A stretch of DNA of 64,000 nucleotides from Schizosaccharomyces osmophilus (lineage: Eukaryota). The notes under the pieces are model-generated. The model did not search any database and was not told the origin of the DNA. It saw only the letters and a list, made by a program, of their open reading frames with translations. Shown piece by piece: positions 11,961 through 24,732 of the stretch. The stretch is from the NCBI RefSeq assembly GCF_027921745.1, contig NC_079238.1:4154001-4218000 (forward strand), written 5' to 3'. Both the position numbers and the translations under genes were made by a program. The stretch's first letter is position 1. Each line of letters opens with the position of its first letter.

Positions 11961-14900
11961 ATGGATACGAAACTAAGTGACTTTATAGGTGCCGAAATAA
12001 AAACGTTTTACAGAGAAGCTCCATGGGAACGTTTAAGAATTCCTTTTAAACCAATATTTTCATTTCAAAAGTCGAATCTACCAAAGAATGGTTCATTTTC
12101 TACAGAAGGAAGGCATCGCGATTACAGTAATGTCTGGAGATTCTGGGATAGTTTAACTCTTACGATATTTGACATTCCTTCAGAATGGATGCAAGAAAAT
12201 GCCAACAAACTATACAACCTCTGGAAGCCCCTTCATAAATATGGCGATATATCATTTATGAAATTCATAGAGCCTTCGGAAAATGGGTTGACTACAACCG
12301 CAATCGTTCGTTTCCTCCCTCCCCCAAGAGTACCCTTTTGGCAACCATTCAACAAGATCCGGATCAATGATGTGAATTTGAACGTTCGTGTAGACCCTTA
12401 CGTTCAAAATTCTTTGACGAAACAATCTTCCTTTAGTGCAGTTGGTAGTCGGTACAATAGTATTGTCCAACTTCCATTGTCTACCATAACCGTTGGTCAA
12501 GCCTACCATGAAATGTTGGTTCCTCTGTTTGGGTATGAATCTGGAACGCCATTACATGACATTTTCCTTTCGGTAAACTTCCATAATAAACGATTTATTA
12601 TAACCTTCAAATTAACCATGGAGGATATAACCGATGATTATCGTTTAGATTTTTATTTCGACAATGTCGTCGATGATATAGGTATTGATGTTGAAAATAG
12701 CCGCATAAACTTATCGTTCAAATACAAATTACCACCTGTGCTATTTCGCAAAGATGTTTTGGGATCAGAAACCAAACTGAGGAAAGTATGGAGCTCGTCA
12801 AATCTTTGGCGTCGCCAGGTCGATATTTTGCCTTCTTCAAGGTGTACAATCCCACCCAAGTCTCCCGTACAGTTATTAAATTCTGCTAGTTCTCCACTAG
12901 GAAGATCCAACATGGTTATGTTTTCATATGACATAAGAAATAGTCATTCTGAGGAAGCCAATGCTATTTTTTTAGGGGAGTTGGAAAAATATAAGTTAAA
13001 GAGCCGAATGTGCAAAGTTACTACTTACTCTATTAATGATTACTTCTCACGTTGTGCATTATTATACAGAAATACAAATCTATCTCATACTGTATTGTAT
13101 CTACTGGAAACATGTCTTTCTCAACATGTACTTTCCGAGATTGATTTACCGGTTCTTCTTGATGGATTGGGCAACCTCACAGAAGAGCAAGCAATTGTTT
13201 TTCTAAAAAATACTCTTGCTTCTCAGAAACCTTTACATAACCCCACACGGGAAACATTTACAAAACAATTGGCTTTCTTCGATCCTTTAAAGAGTTCTAG
13301 TATGCGTATTAAAAAGCTCTTTATAACTCCAACAACCATTCGAATTGGGGATGATTCCATTGAAGCAGGGAACCGTGTTTTGAGAAAGCATGGCAAATTC
13401 GCTGACAGATTTATGCGGGTACAGATATCTGATGAATTTACGAAAAGTAAAATTTACTCGGATAATTCAAATTGCGAGGCAGTGTTTGCGCGAGTGTATC
13501 AATTATTGGATAAGGGCGTTAAAGTTGGAAATCGTGTTTATGAATTTCTGGCCTTTGGCAATTCCCAACTAAGAGAACATGGTGCCTTCTTTTTTGCTTC
13601 GACACCAGATAAGAATGTGGAACAAATTCGTGAAGATATGGGTGATTTCAGTGAGATTAGTTCGGTCCCAAAATATGCAGCTAGGATGGGTCAATGTTTT
13701 TCCACTACCAAAGTCATTAAGCATTTTCCTGTGGAGATTGCTTCTCGAAATGATATAATTAGAAACAGTAATTGCTTTACTGATGGGATAGGTATGGCTT
13801 CATTTTCTGTTTTGCGCTGTCTTTCTGTTCAGTTTGATAATGATGATCTTCTTCCTTCAGCCTTTCAATTTCGTATGGGCGGTTATAAAGGTGTATTAAG
13901 TTTAGCCCCTCCAACTAAACTTGAATATCATCAAGGAAATTTGGTTTTTCCTCGTCCAAGTCAAGATAAATTTAAGTCACCTCATGAGGACTTGGAGGTG
14001 ATTAAAGTTTCTCGCTTTTCGAATACTTGTTTGAACATGCAACTCATCACTTTAATGCAAGGTTTGGGTGTCAAAAAAAATATTTTTCTTACAATGGCTA
14101 AGAACCAGTTATCAGAATTAAATAGTGCCATGACAAATAAGCAAAAATGCATTGTTATGTTGAGGGATAATGTCGATGAAAATCGGTCGACTCTCACTAT
14201 GGCCGACCTCATACAATCTGGGTTTTTGGAAAGAAATGATGTTTTTACAAAGAATCTTCTCAATCTTTACTATGAATGGACTCTTAAATCGATGAAAGAA
14301 AAGCAGAGACTTAATGTATCCAACGGAGCCTATTTGTTAGGTGTAGCCGATGAAACAGGATCTCTCAAAGGTCATTGTGATGATGCGGTTCTTTCAATCC
14401 CTGAGATTTTTGTTCAGGTTACAAACAACCATTCAGAAGCCGAAGCCTTTTCTAATAAGCGAACACGAACAACCATTATAAAAGGCCTTTGTGTTGTAGC
14501 AAGAAACCCATCTTTGCATCCTGGAGACATCCGTATTTGTCGTGCTGTGAATTGTAGTGAGTTAGGGCACCTAAAAAACGTCGTTGTTTTTCCCACAACA
14601 GGTGATAGAAGTGTTCCTGCGATGTGCTCCGGTGGTGATTTAGATGGAGACGAGTACACTGTAATATGGGAACCTAGTCTTATACCTAAGAGAGTAAATT
14701 ATCCTCCACTTTTAGAAGCGACGCCTAAACGTGCAGCTAAATTTCTGGAAGCAAGCCCTACCATTGACTCAGTAAAGGCATTTTTTATCTATTATATGAA
14801 AAATGACAATTTAGGAGTGATATCTAACGCTTGGAAAGCATGGGCCCACGATAGCTTCAACAATCCTGACGGAATTTATGGCCAAACCTGTTTAAGACTA

Positions 14901-15575
14901 GCAGCCTTACATTCCCAAGCTGTTGATTTCCCTAAATCCGGTGTCGCTTGTAGTATGCCCAAAGAACTAAGACCTAAGCAATACCCGGATTTTATGCGAA
15001 AGCAGCGATCCAAAACATTTAAAGCCCAAACGGCGGTGGGAAGGATTTTTCAATATACTGTTAAGTTTCAAAAACAAAATGAAGCTAATCGGAGGTTTGA
15101 TCCAAAAATGGAAATGGTTTATGATGATCGAATGAAACTACCGAAATACAAATCAGAATACAGACAGATCGCCGAAGAAGTCAAAGAACGCTATGATTTT
15201 GACATGAAGGCATTGATGAATCGACATGATATAGCCTCAGAATATGAAGTTTACACTGCTTTTATACTGTTTAATGAAGAAATGAAAGCATCCATCAACG
15301 AATTTGGAGTTCGCGAGGAAATTATGTTACAATTTAACAGTATAAAGAAATGCTATATTACTGAATACCTTGAGAAATGTGGACTTTCCAATAACCCTTC
15401 TGACCAAGATACAAAGGAGCGAATTGACAGTGCTGTGGCAGTTGCATACGACATAACGTACGAACAGAGATCACGTTCTTTTGAAAGCGGAAACGAGTTA
15501 CCATTAATTTCCTTTCCTTACATCTTCGTCGATGTACTTTGTCGCATCGCTCATTTTGTCGCTGTAAGCAATTAA
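11961..15575 (+). CDS. rdp1: RNA-dependent RNA polymerase (RDRC, RNAi)
   Basis: First ATG 11961; KYAARMGQCFS, FTDGIG, QFRMGGYKG, RNPSLHPGD and catalytic GGDLDGD motifs. Confidence 0.96.
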   Translation: MDTKLSDFIGAEIKTFYREAPWERLRIPFKPIFSFQKSNLPKNGSFSTEGRHRDYSNVWRFWDSLTLTIFDIPSEWMQENANKLYNLWKPLHKYGDISFMKFIEPSENGLTTTAIVRFLPPPRVPFWQPFNKIRINDVNLNVRVDPYVQNSLTKQSSFSAVGSRYNSIVQLPLSTITVGQAYHEMLVPLFGYESGTPLHDIFLSVNFHNKRFIITFKLTMEDITDDYRLDFYFDNVVDDIGIDVENSRINLSFKYKLPPVLFRKDVLGSETKLRKVWSSSNLWRRQVDILPSSRCTIPPKSPVQLLNSASSPLGRSNMVMFSYDIRNSHSEEANAIFLGELEKYKLKSRMCKVTTYSINDYFSRCALLYRNTNLSHTVLYLLETCLSQHVLSEIDLPVLLDGLGNLTEEQAIVFLKNTLASQKPLHNPTRETFTKQLAFFDPLKSSSMRIKKLFITPTTIRIGDDSIEAGNRVLRKHGKFADRFMRVQISDEFTKSKIYSDNSNCEAVFARVYQLLDKGVKVGNRVYEFLAFGNSQLREHGAFFFASTPDKNVEQIREDMGDFSEISSVPKYAARMGQCFSTTKVIKHFPVEIASRNDIIRNSNCFTDGIGMASFSVLRCLSVQFDNDDLLPSAFQFRMGGYKGVLSLAPPTKLEYHQGNLVFPRPSQDKFKSPHEDLEVIKVSRFSNTCLNMQLITLMQGLGVKKNIFLTMAKNQLSELNSAMTNKQKCIVMLRDNVDENRSTLTMADLIQSGFLERNDVFTKNLLNLYYEWTLKSMKEKQRLNVSNGAYLLGVADETGSLKGHCDDAVLSIPEIFVQVTNNHSEAEAFSNKRTRTTIIKGLCVVARNPSLHPGDIRICRAVNCSELGHLKNVVVFPTTGDRSVPAMCSGGDLDGDEYTVIWEPSLIPKRVNYPPLLEATPKRAAKFLEASPTIDSVKAFFIYYMKNDNLGVISNAWKAWAHDSFNNPDGIYGQTCLRLAALHSQAVDFPKSGVACSMPKELRPKQYPDFMRKQRSKTFKAQTAVGRIFQYTVKFQKQNEANRRFDPKMEMVYDDRMKLPKYKSEYRQIAEEVKERYDFDMKALMNRHDIASEYEVYTAFILFNEEMKASINEFGVREEIMLQFNSIKKCYITEYLEKCGLSNNPSDQDTKERIDSAVAVAYDITYEQRSRSFESGNELPLISFPYIFVDVLCRIAHFVAVSN

Positions 15576-15815
15576 ATGTTGTTCACAATCAAAGTTGGCA
15601 TGGCATACACCCCAGTTATGTTAGAATATGGTTTTTGCTCTATTAGTGTTCATTTGATATGATATATTATTAATTCTAAATTATCCAAAAATGTTTGAAG
15701 CTCTAACTTATTAAAATATTTGTTGGGACAAATTAATTAGCAAAAAAACTTAGATCTCAATGATGCAATTAATTAAGTAAAGATAAAAAAAACATTAAGA
15801 TTTCAGTAACCAAAT

Positions 15816-18800
15816 TTAGCCCACCCATCTACGAGCGGATTGGAACAATCGAAGCCATGGTCCATGAGTACCCCATTTATCAGATTCTGATTTGGGATAG
15901 TAACTATTAGCCACCTTCAAAACAACACGTTCAGGATGTGGCATCATAGCTAAGAAACGACCACATGGTGAGCGGATACCAGCAATGGCGTCCGTACTTC
16001 CATTAGGATTGAGAGGATACTGGCTCGTTCTTTTACCATAATTGTCAACATAATAGAGAACGTCCAACCCTTCCTGTTTGAATTTTCTGTAATCGGAGTC
16101 GGATTCAAAAACAGCACGACCTTCACCATGGGCAACCGCAATTGGAATACGAGAACCTCCCATTTCGTTGGCAAAAATTGAATTCGCTGAGTTCTTGGAG
16201 TCCACTTGAAGCATTACCGTACGTCCTTCATACTGCGAAGATTCGTTTGAAAGGAAAAGTGGCCAGCATTGAGCACCAGGAATTAATGTCTTGAGACGAG
16301 TAAATAACTGGCAACCGTTGCAAAGACCAATAGCAAAAGTATCTTTTCGCTGATTGAAAAACTTATAAAACTCCTGACGAGCCGTATCATGTAAAAGAAT
16401 TGAAGTAGCCCAACCGTTAGCAGATCCTAAAACATCACCATACGAAAAGCCACCGCATGCGGCTATACCAACGAACATGTCTAACGTTAGTTTACCACTG
16501 ATGATGTCAGTCATGTGAACATCCACAGGCGTAAAACCGGCGGCATGGAAGGCATAAGCCATTTCCAAGTGTCCATTAACACCTTGCTCACGCAAAACAG
16601 CAACCTTGGGACGGCTTGTCAAAGATAGATCTGATTTAGGGGAATGTTCAAAAGTCAAATGGAAATCAATGCCGGGGTCAGAATTGTCCAAGATATTTTC
16701 ATTCTCTTGTTGGGCACATTTAGGATTGTCTCGAATGCTTTGCATTTTGTAAGAAGTTTCATGCCAAAGGGATTGAAGAGCAGCACGAGTGGACTTGTAA
16801 AGTATTTCATTAGAACGAACAAAAACAATCTCTTGAGCCTCATCAGATATGACTTTACCAAGCTTTTTAACAGCGTTTCCAAGTCCATGGGATTTGAATA
16901 TTTCATAGATACTATCGAGATCACTGTCCCGAACTTGTACTACTGCACCCAGTTCTTCATTGAATAGAGTAGCAATATTATCATTGGAAAAGTTGGCAAG
17001 ATCTGATACCACACCAACACGTCCGGCGAAAGCCATTTCAGAAACCGTAACAAATAAACCACCATCAGAGTTATCATGATAGGCTTGTACGTAATCGGTG
17101 TTATGTAGCTCAGTGATTGCAGAGAAATAAGACTTTAGCAATTCTACGTCTTCAACGTCAGGAGCCTCGTCTCCTAATTGTTTGTAGCACTGAGCAATAA
17201 TTGAACCGCCGAGACGTTGTTTACCGTTAGCCAAATCAATATACAGCAACGAAGATGGTCCAATTTCATTAGCACGTTTTAGTTGGGGCGTCCAAATAGA
17301 CTCAACATTATTCACCGAAGAAAAGCCTGTGATGACAAGTGACAGAGGAGCAGTGACAGATTGCTCACGGGCGTCTTCCATCCATTTCATACTCATTGAC
17401 ATAGAGTCTTTACCAACTGGGATACTAATTCCCAACTGAGGGCAGAGATCTAAGCCGATAGCTTGAACAGCTTCATATAACTTTGCGCCCTCACCAGAAT
17501 GAGTGGGAGAAGACATCCAATTAGCACTCAAACGAATATGGTTCAAATCCGGGAGTGAGGCGGCAGCCATATTCATAATACATTCAGCGACAGCCATACG
17601 AGCTGAAGCAGCTGATGAGATAAGAGCAGTAATCGGCTTCTCACCAATGGCAAAAGCTTCACCTGTAGTGGTACCCTTACCGTAAGATGTAACTGTGACA
17701 GCAACATCTGCTACAGGAGTTTGCCAAGGTCCAACCATTTGCTCACGAGCAACAAGACCGGTAATGCTACGATCACCAATTGTAATCAAGAATGATTTTG
17801 ACGCTACTGCGGGCATGTGCAAAACACGCTGAACAGCATCAGTAATTCGGTGGCTGGTTGTTACATAAGCGTTTAGGGAAGAATCAAACTTCTTTAAAAC
17901 AACTGGATCAGTATTATCAACGCGCGATATCTTTGGAGGCTTGCCAAATAGAACTTCCATAGGCAAATCAATTGGAGTAGACTTATAGAGACGATCCGTC
18001 AAAATCAATCGTTGTTCCTCAGTAGCATAGCCAACAACACCATAAGGACATCTTTCACGTTCACAGATGCCCTTAAAAAAATTGAGATCCTCAGGCTTCA
18101 CTGACAAAACATAACGTTCTTGTGATTCACAACACCAGATTTGCATGGGCGACATGCTAGGTTCAATGCAAGGGATATCACGGAGTTCAAACTTGGCACC
18201 CAGACCGGCATCGTGGACTAATTCTGGGAGCGCATTGGAAACGCCACCGGCACCAACATCATGAATGGATTGAATAATATTGTCTTTCATCGCAGTACAC
18301 GTGTCAATTACCATTTGTGCACGACGTTGCATTTCTGGATTTCCTCGTTGTACAGATGCAAAATCCAAATCTTCAGAACCTTCACCGGAGTTCATACTAG
18401 AAGCAGCACCACCACCTAAACCTACAAGGAGAGCAGGTCCACCAAGCACAATTATAGGGCTTCCAGCAGAAATGGGTTTTTTGAAAGCGTGCTGCCTGCG
18501 AATGCAACCGACACCGCCTGCTGCCATAATTGGCTTATGGTATCCACGATATTCAGTTTTCCCATCGGCTCTAGCCACCTCCATGGTTAATGTACGAAAA
18601 TAGCCGTTAATGCAAGGACGACCAAACTCATTATTAAAGGAAGAACTTCCAATTGGGGCAGATAACATAATATCGAGAGGGGAAGCAATATGAAAGGGTT
18701 TACCAACCTCCAATTCCCAAGGCTGCTTAAAATCGGGGATATGCAAATCAGAAACGTTGTAGCCAGCTAAACCAGCCTTTGATTTTGATCCTTGACCAAC

Positions 18801-19778
18801 AGCTCCTTCATCGCGAATCTCACCACCAGAGCCAGTGGCAGCACCTGGATATGGCGAAACTGCGGTAGGATGATTATGGGTTTCTACCTTTCCAAGAAAA
18901 TCAATAGTTTCATCTTTCAATGTCCATTCACCATTGACAGGAAAGAAATTAGACCCGGGATTTCCTTGAAACACAGCGGCATTATCGGAGTATGCAGAAA
19001 TAGTATGATGGGGGTTTAATTTATGGGTATTACGAATCATTTTAAACAAGGAGTTTTCCATTTTCTTTCCATCGATCGTCCAATCAGCGTTAAAAATTTT
19101 ATGTCTGCAATGCTCAGAGTTGACCTGACCAAACATGAAAAGCTCAACATCAGTAGGTTCGCGATGCTTCAAAGAAGGCTCCTTGGCATAGCACTCGACC
19201 AGGTAATCGATTTCGTCTGAAGCAAGAGCTAAACCAAATTTAACGTTAGCTTCGGCGAGACGGCGTTTAGCATTCTCCTTATCAGCTTCTTGGTTGCAGC
19301 CAAGTTCAATTGTAACGAGAGGTGCAGGTTCTTGAGTATTAAACACTTCTCCTTCCTTTGGAGGCTCATAACGGAGAGTTTCGGTCATACGATCGAATAG
19401 ATTAGTGAAAGCACCATCGTATATATTTTCAGAAGCACCTTGCTTCAATGTCACCGAATATGCTATACCACGTTCAATGCGATTCACTCCTTTTAGGTTG
19501 CATACATTTGCAATGTTGGTAGCTTTCGAAGACCATGGAGAGATGGTACCAGTACGAGGGAAAACGTAGGCCACTTTAGGGCCTGATGGTCTAAATTCAT
19601 CCGATTTTAAGTCTGATAAAATAGGTCTCAAATCATTAGAGGATACAGGAAATCCCTCTTTTGTTTGAATTAAGTAGAAATATACGGCTTCAATACGTTC
19701 AAACGCCGAAACCGTAGCTTCTAAAAGCTTCTTCTGGTTGTGAGGCGTCAAAGCAGAACCTCCATAAAGAATTAACAT
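15816..19778 (-). CDS. ade3: Phosphoribosylformylglycinamidine synthase (PurL)
   Basis: First ATG 19778; NSEHCRH, KVETHNHP, GGFSYGD, GLCNGCQ, MMPHPER motifs. Confidence 0.97.
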   Translation of the reverse strand: MLILYGGSALTPHNQKKLLEATVSAFERIEAVYFYLIQTKEGFPVSSNDLRPILSDLKSDEFRPSGPKVAYVFPRTGTISPWSSKATNIANVCNLKGVNRIERGIAYSVTLKQGASENIYDGAFTNLFDRMTETLRYEPPKEGEVFNTQEPAPLVTIELGCNQEADKENAKRRLAEANVKFGLALASDEIDYLVECYAKEPSLKHREPTDVELFMFGQVNSEHCRHKIFNADWTIDGKKMENSLFKMIRNTHKLNPHHTISAYSDNAAVFQGNPGSNFFPVNGEWTLKDETIDFLGKVETHNHPTAVSPYPGAATGSGGEIRDEGAVGQGSKSKAGLAGYNVSDLHIPDFKQPWELEVGKPFHIASPLDIMLSAPIGSSSFNNEFGRPCINGYFRTLTMEVARADGKTEYRGYHKPIMAAGGVGCIRRQHAFKKPISAGSPIIVLGGPALLVGLGGGAASSMNSGEGSEDLDFASVQRGNPEMQRRAQMVIDTCTAMKDNIIQSIHDVGAGGVSNALPELVHDAGLGAKFELRDIPCIEPSMSPMQIWCCESQERYVLSVKPEDLNFFKGICERERCPYGVVGYATEEQRLILTDRLYKSTPIDLPMEVLFGKPPKISRVDNTDPVVLKKFDSSLNAYVTTSHRITDAVQRVLHMPAVASKSFLITIGDRSITGLVAREQMVGPWQTPVADVAVTVTSYGKGTTTGEAFAIGEKPITALISSAASARMAVAECIMNMAAASLPDLNHIRLSANWMSSPTHSGEGAKLYEAVQAIGLDLCPQLGISIPVGKDSMSMSMKWMEDAREQSVTAPLSLVITGFSSVNNVESIWTPQLKRANEIGPSSLLYIDLANGKQRLGGSIIAQCYKQLGDEAPDVEDVELLKSYFSAITELHNTDYVQAYHDNSDGGLFVTVSEMAFAGRVGVVSDLANFSNDNIATLFNEELGAVVQVRDSDLDSIYEIFKSHGLGNAVKKLGKVISDEAQEIVFVRSNEILYKSTRAALQSLWHETSYKMQSIRDNPKCAQQENENILDNSDPGIDFHLTFEHSPKSDLSLTSRPKVAVLREQGVNGHLEMAYAFHAAGFTPVDVHMTDIISGKLTLDMFVGIAACGGFSYGDVLGSANGWATSILLHDTARQEFYKFFNQRKDTFAIGLCNGCQLFTRLKTLIPGAQCWPLFLSNESSQYEGRTVMLQVDSKNSANSIFANEMGGSRIPIAVAHGEGRAVFESDSDYRKFKQEGLDVLYYVDNYGKRTSQYPLNPNGSTDAIAGIRSPCGRFLAMMPHPERVVLKVANSYYPKSESDKWGTHGPWLRLFQSARRWVG

Positions 19779-20107
19779 TTTGGCAGAATACTGCAAATAT
19801 TTCCTAAATAGGCACTGAGGAGTTTATAGGCTCGACTCGCCCAATTTATATGCTCCGTCTAAATCGAGTCTACAGAAAAGATTTCAGCTTAAGATATATA
19901 TATGGAAACCGCCACGTAAGATCGCGGTATCTTACTAGATTTTGCTAAGATAATCTCTTATAGGCATTAAGCAATTAAATTCAATCATTTGAAAATAAAT
20001 AAATAAATAAAATGATGGTAGTAAACAGTAAGATTGTTCAAATTTATGAGAGGTTTGGACAGAAACAAGCGAATACTTAACATGACAGAATGATAGCAAT
20101 TGAATAT

Positions 20108-21643
20108 TTACTCGCCAAATATATCCTCATAATCTTCGTCAAAATCGTATAACTCATCAAAGCCTTCATGTTCCTGGCTTCTTTCCATCAAGTTCTTCAT
20201 GAGTTCATTTACCCGGGCATCAGAAGACGTGTAGTCCTCAGGTTCCAATGTAATGTCTTTCGCTGAGGTAGCTTTATCCTCTTCATTCGTTTCTTTGTCA
20301 GAAACATCCACTTCTTCAGCGTTCATTAGAGCATCGAGGGTAACAGCTGAAGGTCGTCTGCCTTCAATCAAAGCGTACAGTTTTTCACGCATCAAGTCCC
20401 TAATTTTGTAGAATCTACCACTTCTGTACCAGCCTGTCTCGCGGTGACATTCAGACCGTAAAGGAGAATCCTTTAGTAAAGAGGAAATCTGTGAATCGGT
20501 TATATCACATATTTGGTAAATACGGTTCAAGGGATAGGGTGTTTTACCATCAAAAATATGGTTTTTGTGTCCTTTCTGGTTTTTGTTCAATCTTAATTTG
20601 AAGAAGAGGGCTTGGTATGCGGCTGCTTTAGGGTCCTTTCTAGGGTCGTAGCCAAAAATGGTATATGTATCGCGGAATGGACCTGAGGACCATAAATAGG
20701 AGATGTAAGGCAACGCAAACTTTAGATAATGCAGATAGGAAGGATCAATGTGATTTAGCAGAGCTCGACGCGTCCATATAGGACGATCGTGAAACAAGGG
20801 TTTTATTGCATCAATAACTTCCTGAACAGTTTTGCTTGGGGATTCCGAAAGCTTCTGATGCTTTAAAGTAGGGACGTGATCAACATTCATATTGGCTGTG
20901 ATGATCCATACACGACATTGTCCTTTGAGATTCATTATTGTTGTTGAACCATCGGGCAAACGCACGCGTCCTACAAGAGGATTTTGCTGATAATTATAGA
21001 ATGTTGGAAGAGGTACCTGTGAGAAAAGAGGGGGAGGTGGCATGTCTAAATTATCACGTTGCACTGGTGATAAGTCTATATTGAATTTGCTAATTGCATC
21101 AAAGTCCAATGTGCGCAAAGAAGCATCTAACTTTTTTGTAAATGGGGAATTTTCCGTGCTGTATTGAAAGTCAGCCATGTCTCGAAAAACAAAAGCATGA
21201 CGAATTCTACCGGCGCTATTGATTTCCCCGTTCTTCTTGACTCGAACCAATATATCGTTTCTCTGTCTCAGTTTTGCTTGTACTGGGTGATGATAATGAT
21301 CTTGCGGTCGCAGTTTCAGCTCCAATAGTGCATGTTTGGGGTTGCGAAATGATGTTGAAACAGCCTGTAGCATGGGTCAGTACCTGAAAACTGTGTCTTA
21401 CATCCTTCAATTCACTAGAAAGGACACTGAAAATTCAATATACAAACTTCAAACACAAGAAATGAAATATGTACGTAGATTTAGAAGGTATTTCCGCTAA
21501 TGCTTTGATTTCTGTTATATACGCACCTTTTGTATTTCAGGAACCCCACCTAAGGTTTCGTAAAACGTCGACTCATTTTTTATCAGCCCAGGATGTTCAA
21601 TCGAAGTGTATTCTTTCTCTGATATGTTCGTTTTCACAGACAT
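20108..21643 (-). CDS. sfc1: TFIIIC subunit tau95/Tfc1 homologue
   Basis: Exons 21643-21527 (IEHPG...TLGG) and 21364-20108 (FRDMADFQY, RPIWTR, GPFR..GYDPR, acidic tail); 162-nt intron GTGCGT..CTGAC..CAG. Confidence 0.9.
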
Positions 21644-22366
21644 GGTATTCGTGAAAATTACTCGCGATAAATATGCATCCAAAATTTATTCTTCGCCTAA
21701 AGTAATACAACAATAATCCTATAAACAGTTTTAAGTAAAGTATTTTTGTCTTTCGGTAGCTATACTAAAATCCTAATAGTCGTATTGTCGCTGTACTATT
21801 TATGTTGTAAGGATGTGGTGTAACACTTTCACTTGTTTAGTGTACTTCAACGAAGTGGATTTGTTTTGGCCAGATCAATCTATTTACTATTTGTCAACTC
21901 CAACATTCCTCTTACAGGCATTCACTTATTTCTTGGCTGTTTATTCCATTTGGAATATTCCTTCATTAAATTGATTTCTTTAAAAGGTGTGCATTCGAAG
22001 GCTTAAAGAGTCTCTAAGGAAATAATAAATTTCCGGCGAATTGTACATACGGAACAGCTCTTGGAATAGGGTATATCTAGGTTGGGAATAACTGTTCGAT
22101 TGTTCTAGCTATAAATCACTTTCACTCTCTTGTGGTTTATTGCATAAGGAATTTATAGGTAAATTTCTCTTAGCTCTCTACGGAAGCATATGAGGAAGCT
22201 TTATAGGCTCTTTCAATTTGTTTTTTAGGAGCAATCTTACTTTGAATTGGAATTTTTGGGACTAAATTACAAAAAAACCAGAAAAAACGAAAACAGTTAA
22301 TTTCCGTATAAAGGAGTTCATACTAAACTTTATTCAACGCTGTTTACTGTTGTCAGGTTCCTGTTC

Positions 22367-24461
22367 ATGAAAGGATTAAGAAATAAGTTTGTGAAAGCAT
22401 TATCGTTCAAAGATGAAGCCCGGTCAGATAAGGATGTTAATGATCTCAAAAAAGACGAAACCAAAAATGCTGCCCCCAAGGAAAATCAATCATCCTCAAG
22501 ACTAAAACACAGCCGTTCAAGAAAGGAGATGAAAAAGTCGAAAAGTTCAAACGCATTGTCGAAGGCTAACAAATCTTCTTTGAGCAGAGAAGCCGCTGAT
22601 GAAAAAACGAACAGTGGTGGAAATAACGACAAAGAAGATGCAGTTAATGCACAGCCAAAAACCGTTTCGAGTCAATCTGACGTAGACGAGCAAACATTGG
22701 GTTCATTAAAGCCGGCTTCTATATCGCTTCCTGATGTATGTACCAACGCAAATAGTGTATACTTTGCAGCATAGTAGTAGACATTTGTTACTAATCTTTT
22801 CAACTTGATGACGCTAATGAAGTTCTAGCTAAATTTGGCGACTGAAATACACGTTACTTCAGATCATTCAAATGCGGGTTCTTACACGTCTTTTCATCCA
22901 ACTCCTTATTTATCTCCGTCAGCATCAACATCTTCTAATAAGCTCTTGTCTCCGGTTCCGGATAACGATGTTGATCTTCCTAACAATGTACGCCGGATGG
23001 TTTTTCATCGTCAGCATTCTTCTCAGTTCCAAGTTTCCGAAAAAAGAAATCTCACCAGACTTCCCTCTTTCGATGGTAAGTCCTGCTGCCACTAGCGTAT
23101 CTCCCCTAACTAACAAGCAAACTAGAAGTCCATCCTTCAGAGTGCGAACAACTATTTATTAAAAAATTGGATCAATGTAATGTAATTTTTGATTTTAATG
23201 ATCCTTCATCTGATCTAGAAAGCAAAGACTTGAAAAGTGAAGCTCTGGCTCAGATGATCGATTTGGTTACGTTTAATCGAGGAATAGTTAATACTCTTCT
23301 TTTCTCTCATGTTTTGCACACTGTATGTTTATTCGCACTTACGTTATTTGTCTTCTAATATATTTAGTTTTCTGTCAATTTGTTTCGTCCCACACCTTCT
23401 TTTGCTTATAATGACTATAGAGATATTTTGGTATCTTTAGAAGAAGAGCCATATTTAGAGCCAGCTTGGCCCCATATGCAACAAGTTTATCTACTGTTTA
23501 TTCGTTTTCTTGAGTCACCCGACTTTAAAGTTACGAAGTCCAAATCTTTAGTCGATCGCTGCTTTTTTAATAATTTATTAATGTTATTTAATTCTGAGGA
23601 CCCTAGAGAGCGTGACCTTTTAAAAACTGCCTTGCATCGCATATATGGAAAGTTTTTGAACTTACGCTCACATATTAGAAAGGCTATGAGCAATGTTTTT
23701 TTGCAATTCACGTTTGAAAAAGAATCATTTCATGGCATAGCTGAATTATTAGAAATTCTTGGAAGGTATGTCACTAATTTTTTATTTGTTTGACTAACTC
23801 CTCATTTAGTATTATTAATGGGTTTGCTGTACCATTAAAGGAAGAGCACAAAACATTTTTAACAAAAGTACTCATTCCTTTGCATCAAACCAAATCCTTA
23901 TTTTTATATCACCCACAACTGACATATTGCGTTGTACAGTTTATTGATAAAGAACCGTCTTTGACAAAGTTGGTCATGACCGGTATTTTGAAGTTTTGGC
24001 CTCGTGTGAATAGCTTCAAGGAAGTAATGTTTTTGAACGAATTAGAAGATATTTTTGAGGTGTTAGAACCTTCGGAGTTTGTTCATATTCAAATCCCTCT
24101 TTTCCAGCAGCTTTCCCGCTCTATCGCGAGTCCGCATTTTCAAGTTGCAGAGCGTGCTTTGTGTTTTTGGAGTAATGAATACTTTACAAGCTTGGTAAGC
24201 GAAAATTTGGATACGATTTTGCCAATTATTTATCCTTATGTGTACAACACTACCAAAGACCACTGGAATATAACTATACAAGCAATCGCGTGTAATGTTA
24301 TGCAGATATTTGTTGACATGAATCTTGAGTATTTCAATGTTGTCGCCGAACGCTGCCACAACGAAATCGTATTAGAGAAAGCGAAGCGCGAAGATTCCAA
24401 TCTAAGATGGGCTGCGCTTGAAAAACTTGCTGCAATGAATAAAGGATCCACGAGATATTAG
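22367..24461 (+). CDS. par2: PP2A B56/B' regulatory subunit
   Basis: Exons 22367-22735, 22829-23075, 23126-23322, 23368-23765, 23810-24461; [39 protein letters not shown]. Confidence 0.9.
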
Positions 24462-24732
24462 AGCCATTGAATCTTGGTCGATACTGAAGCTTGATACCAC
24501 ATCATGAAGTGGAAGGCTTAAGTTATTAAGCGACTGGTAATCTTACATAATTAATTATAAGTAATCCCAATAATTAAAAGTGCAGTAAATTCTCTCGTGA
24601 TATTATTTTACTAATGTCTTCAAATATTCGTAAAAAGTTGTGTATTAAGTGATAACGAGCAAACTTATAGGGCTGTAGTTTATGTAGAATTGGGTATCTA
24701 ACTAATTTCAATTCTAAAAGGTATTCAAATGA

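Noticed and set aside
22159..22356. Possible 5'UTR intron/uORF in par2 leader
   Set aside because: Weak donor (GTAAAT) and no canonical branch site; unsupported without RNA data
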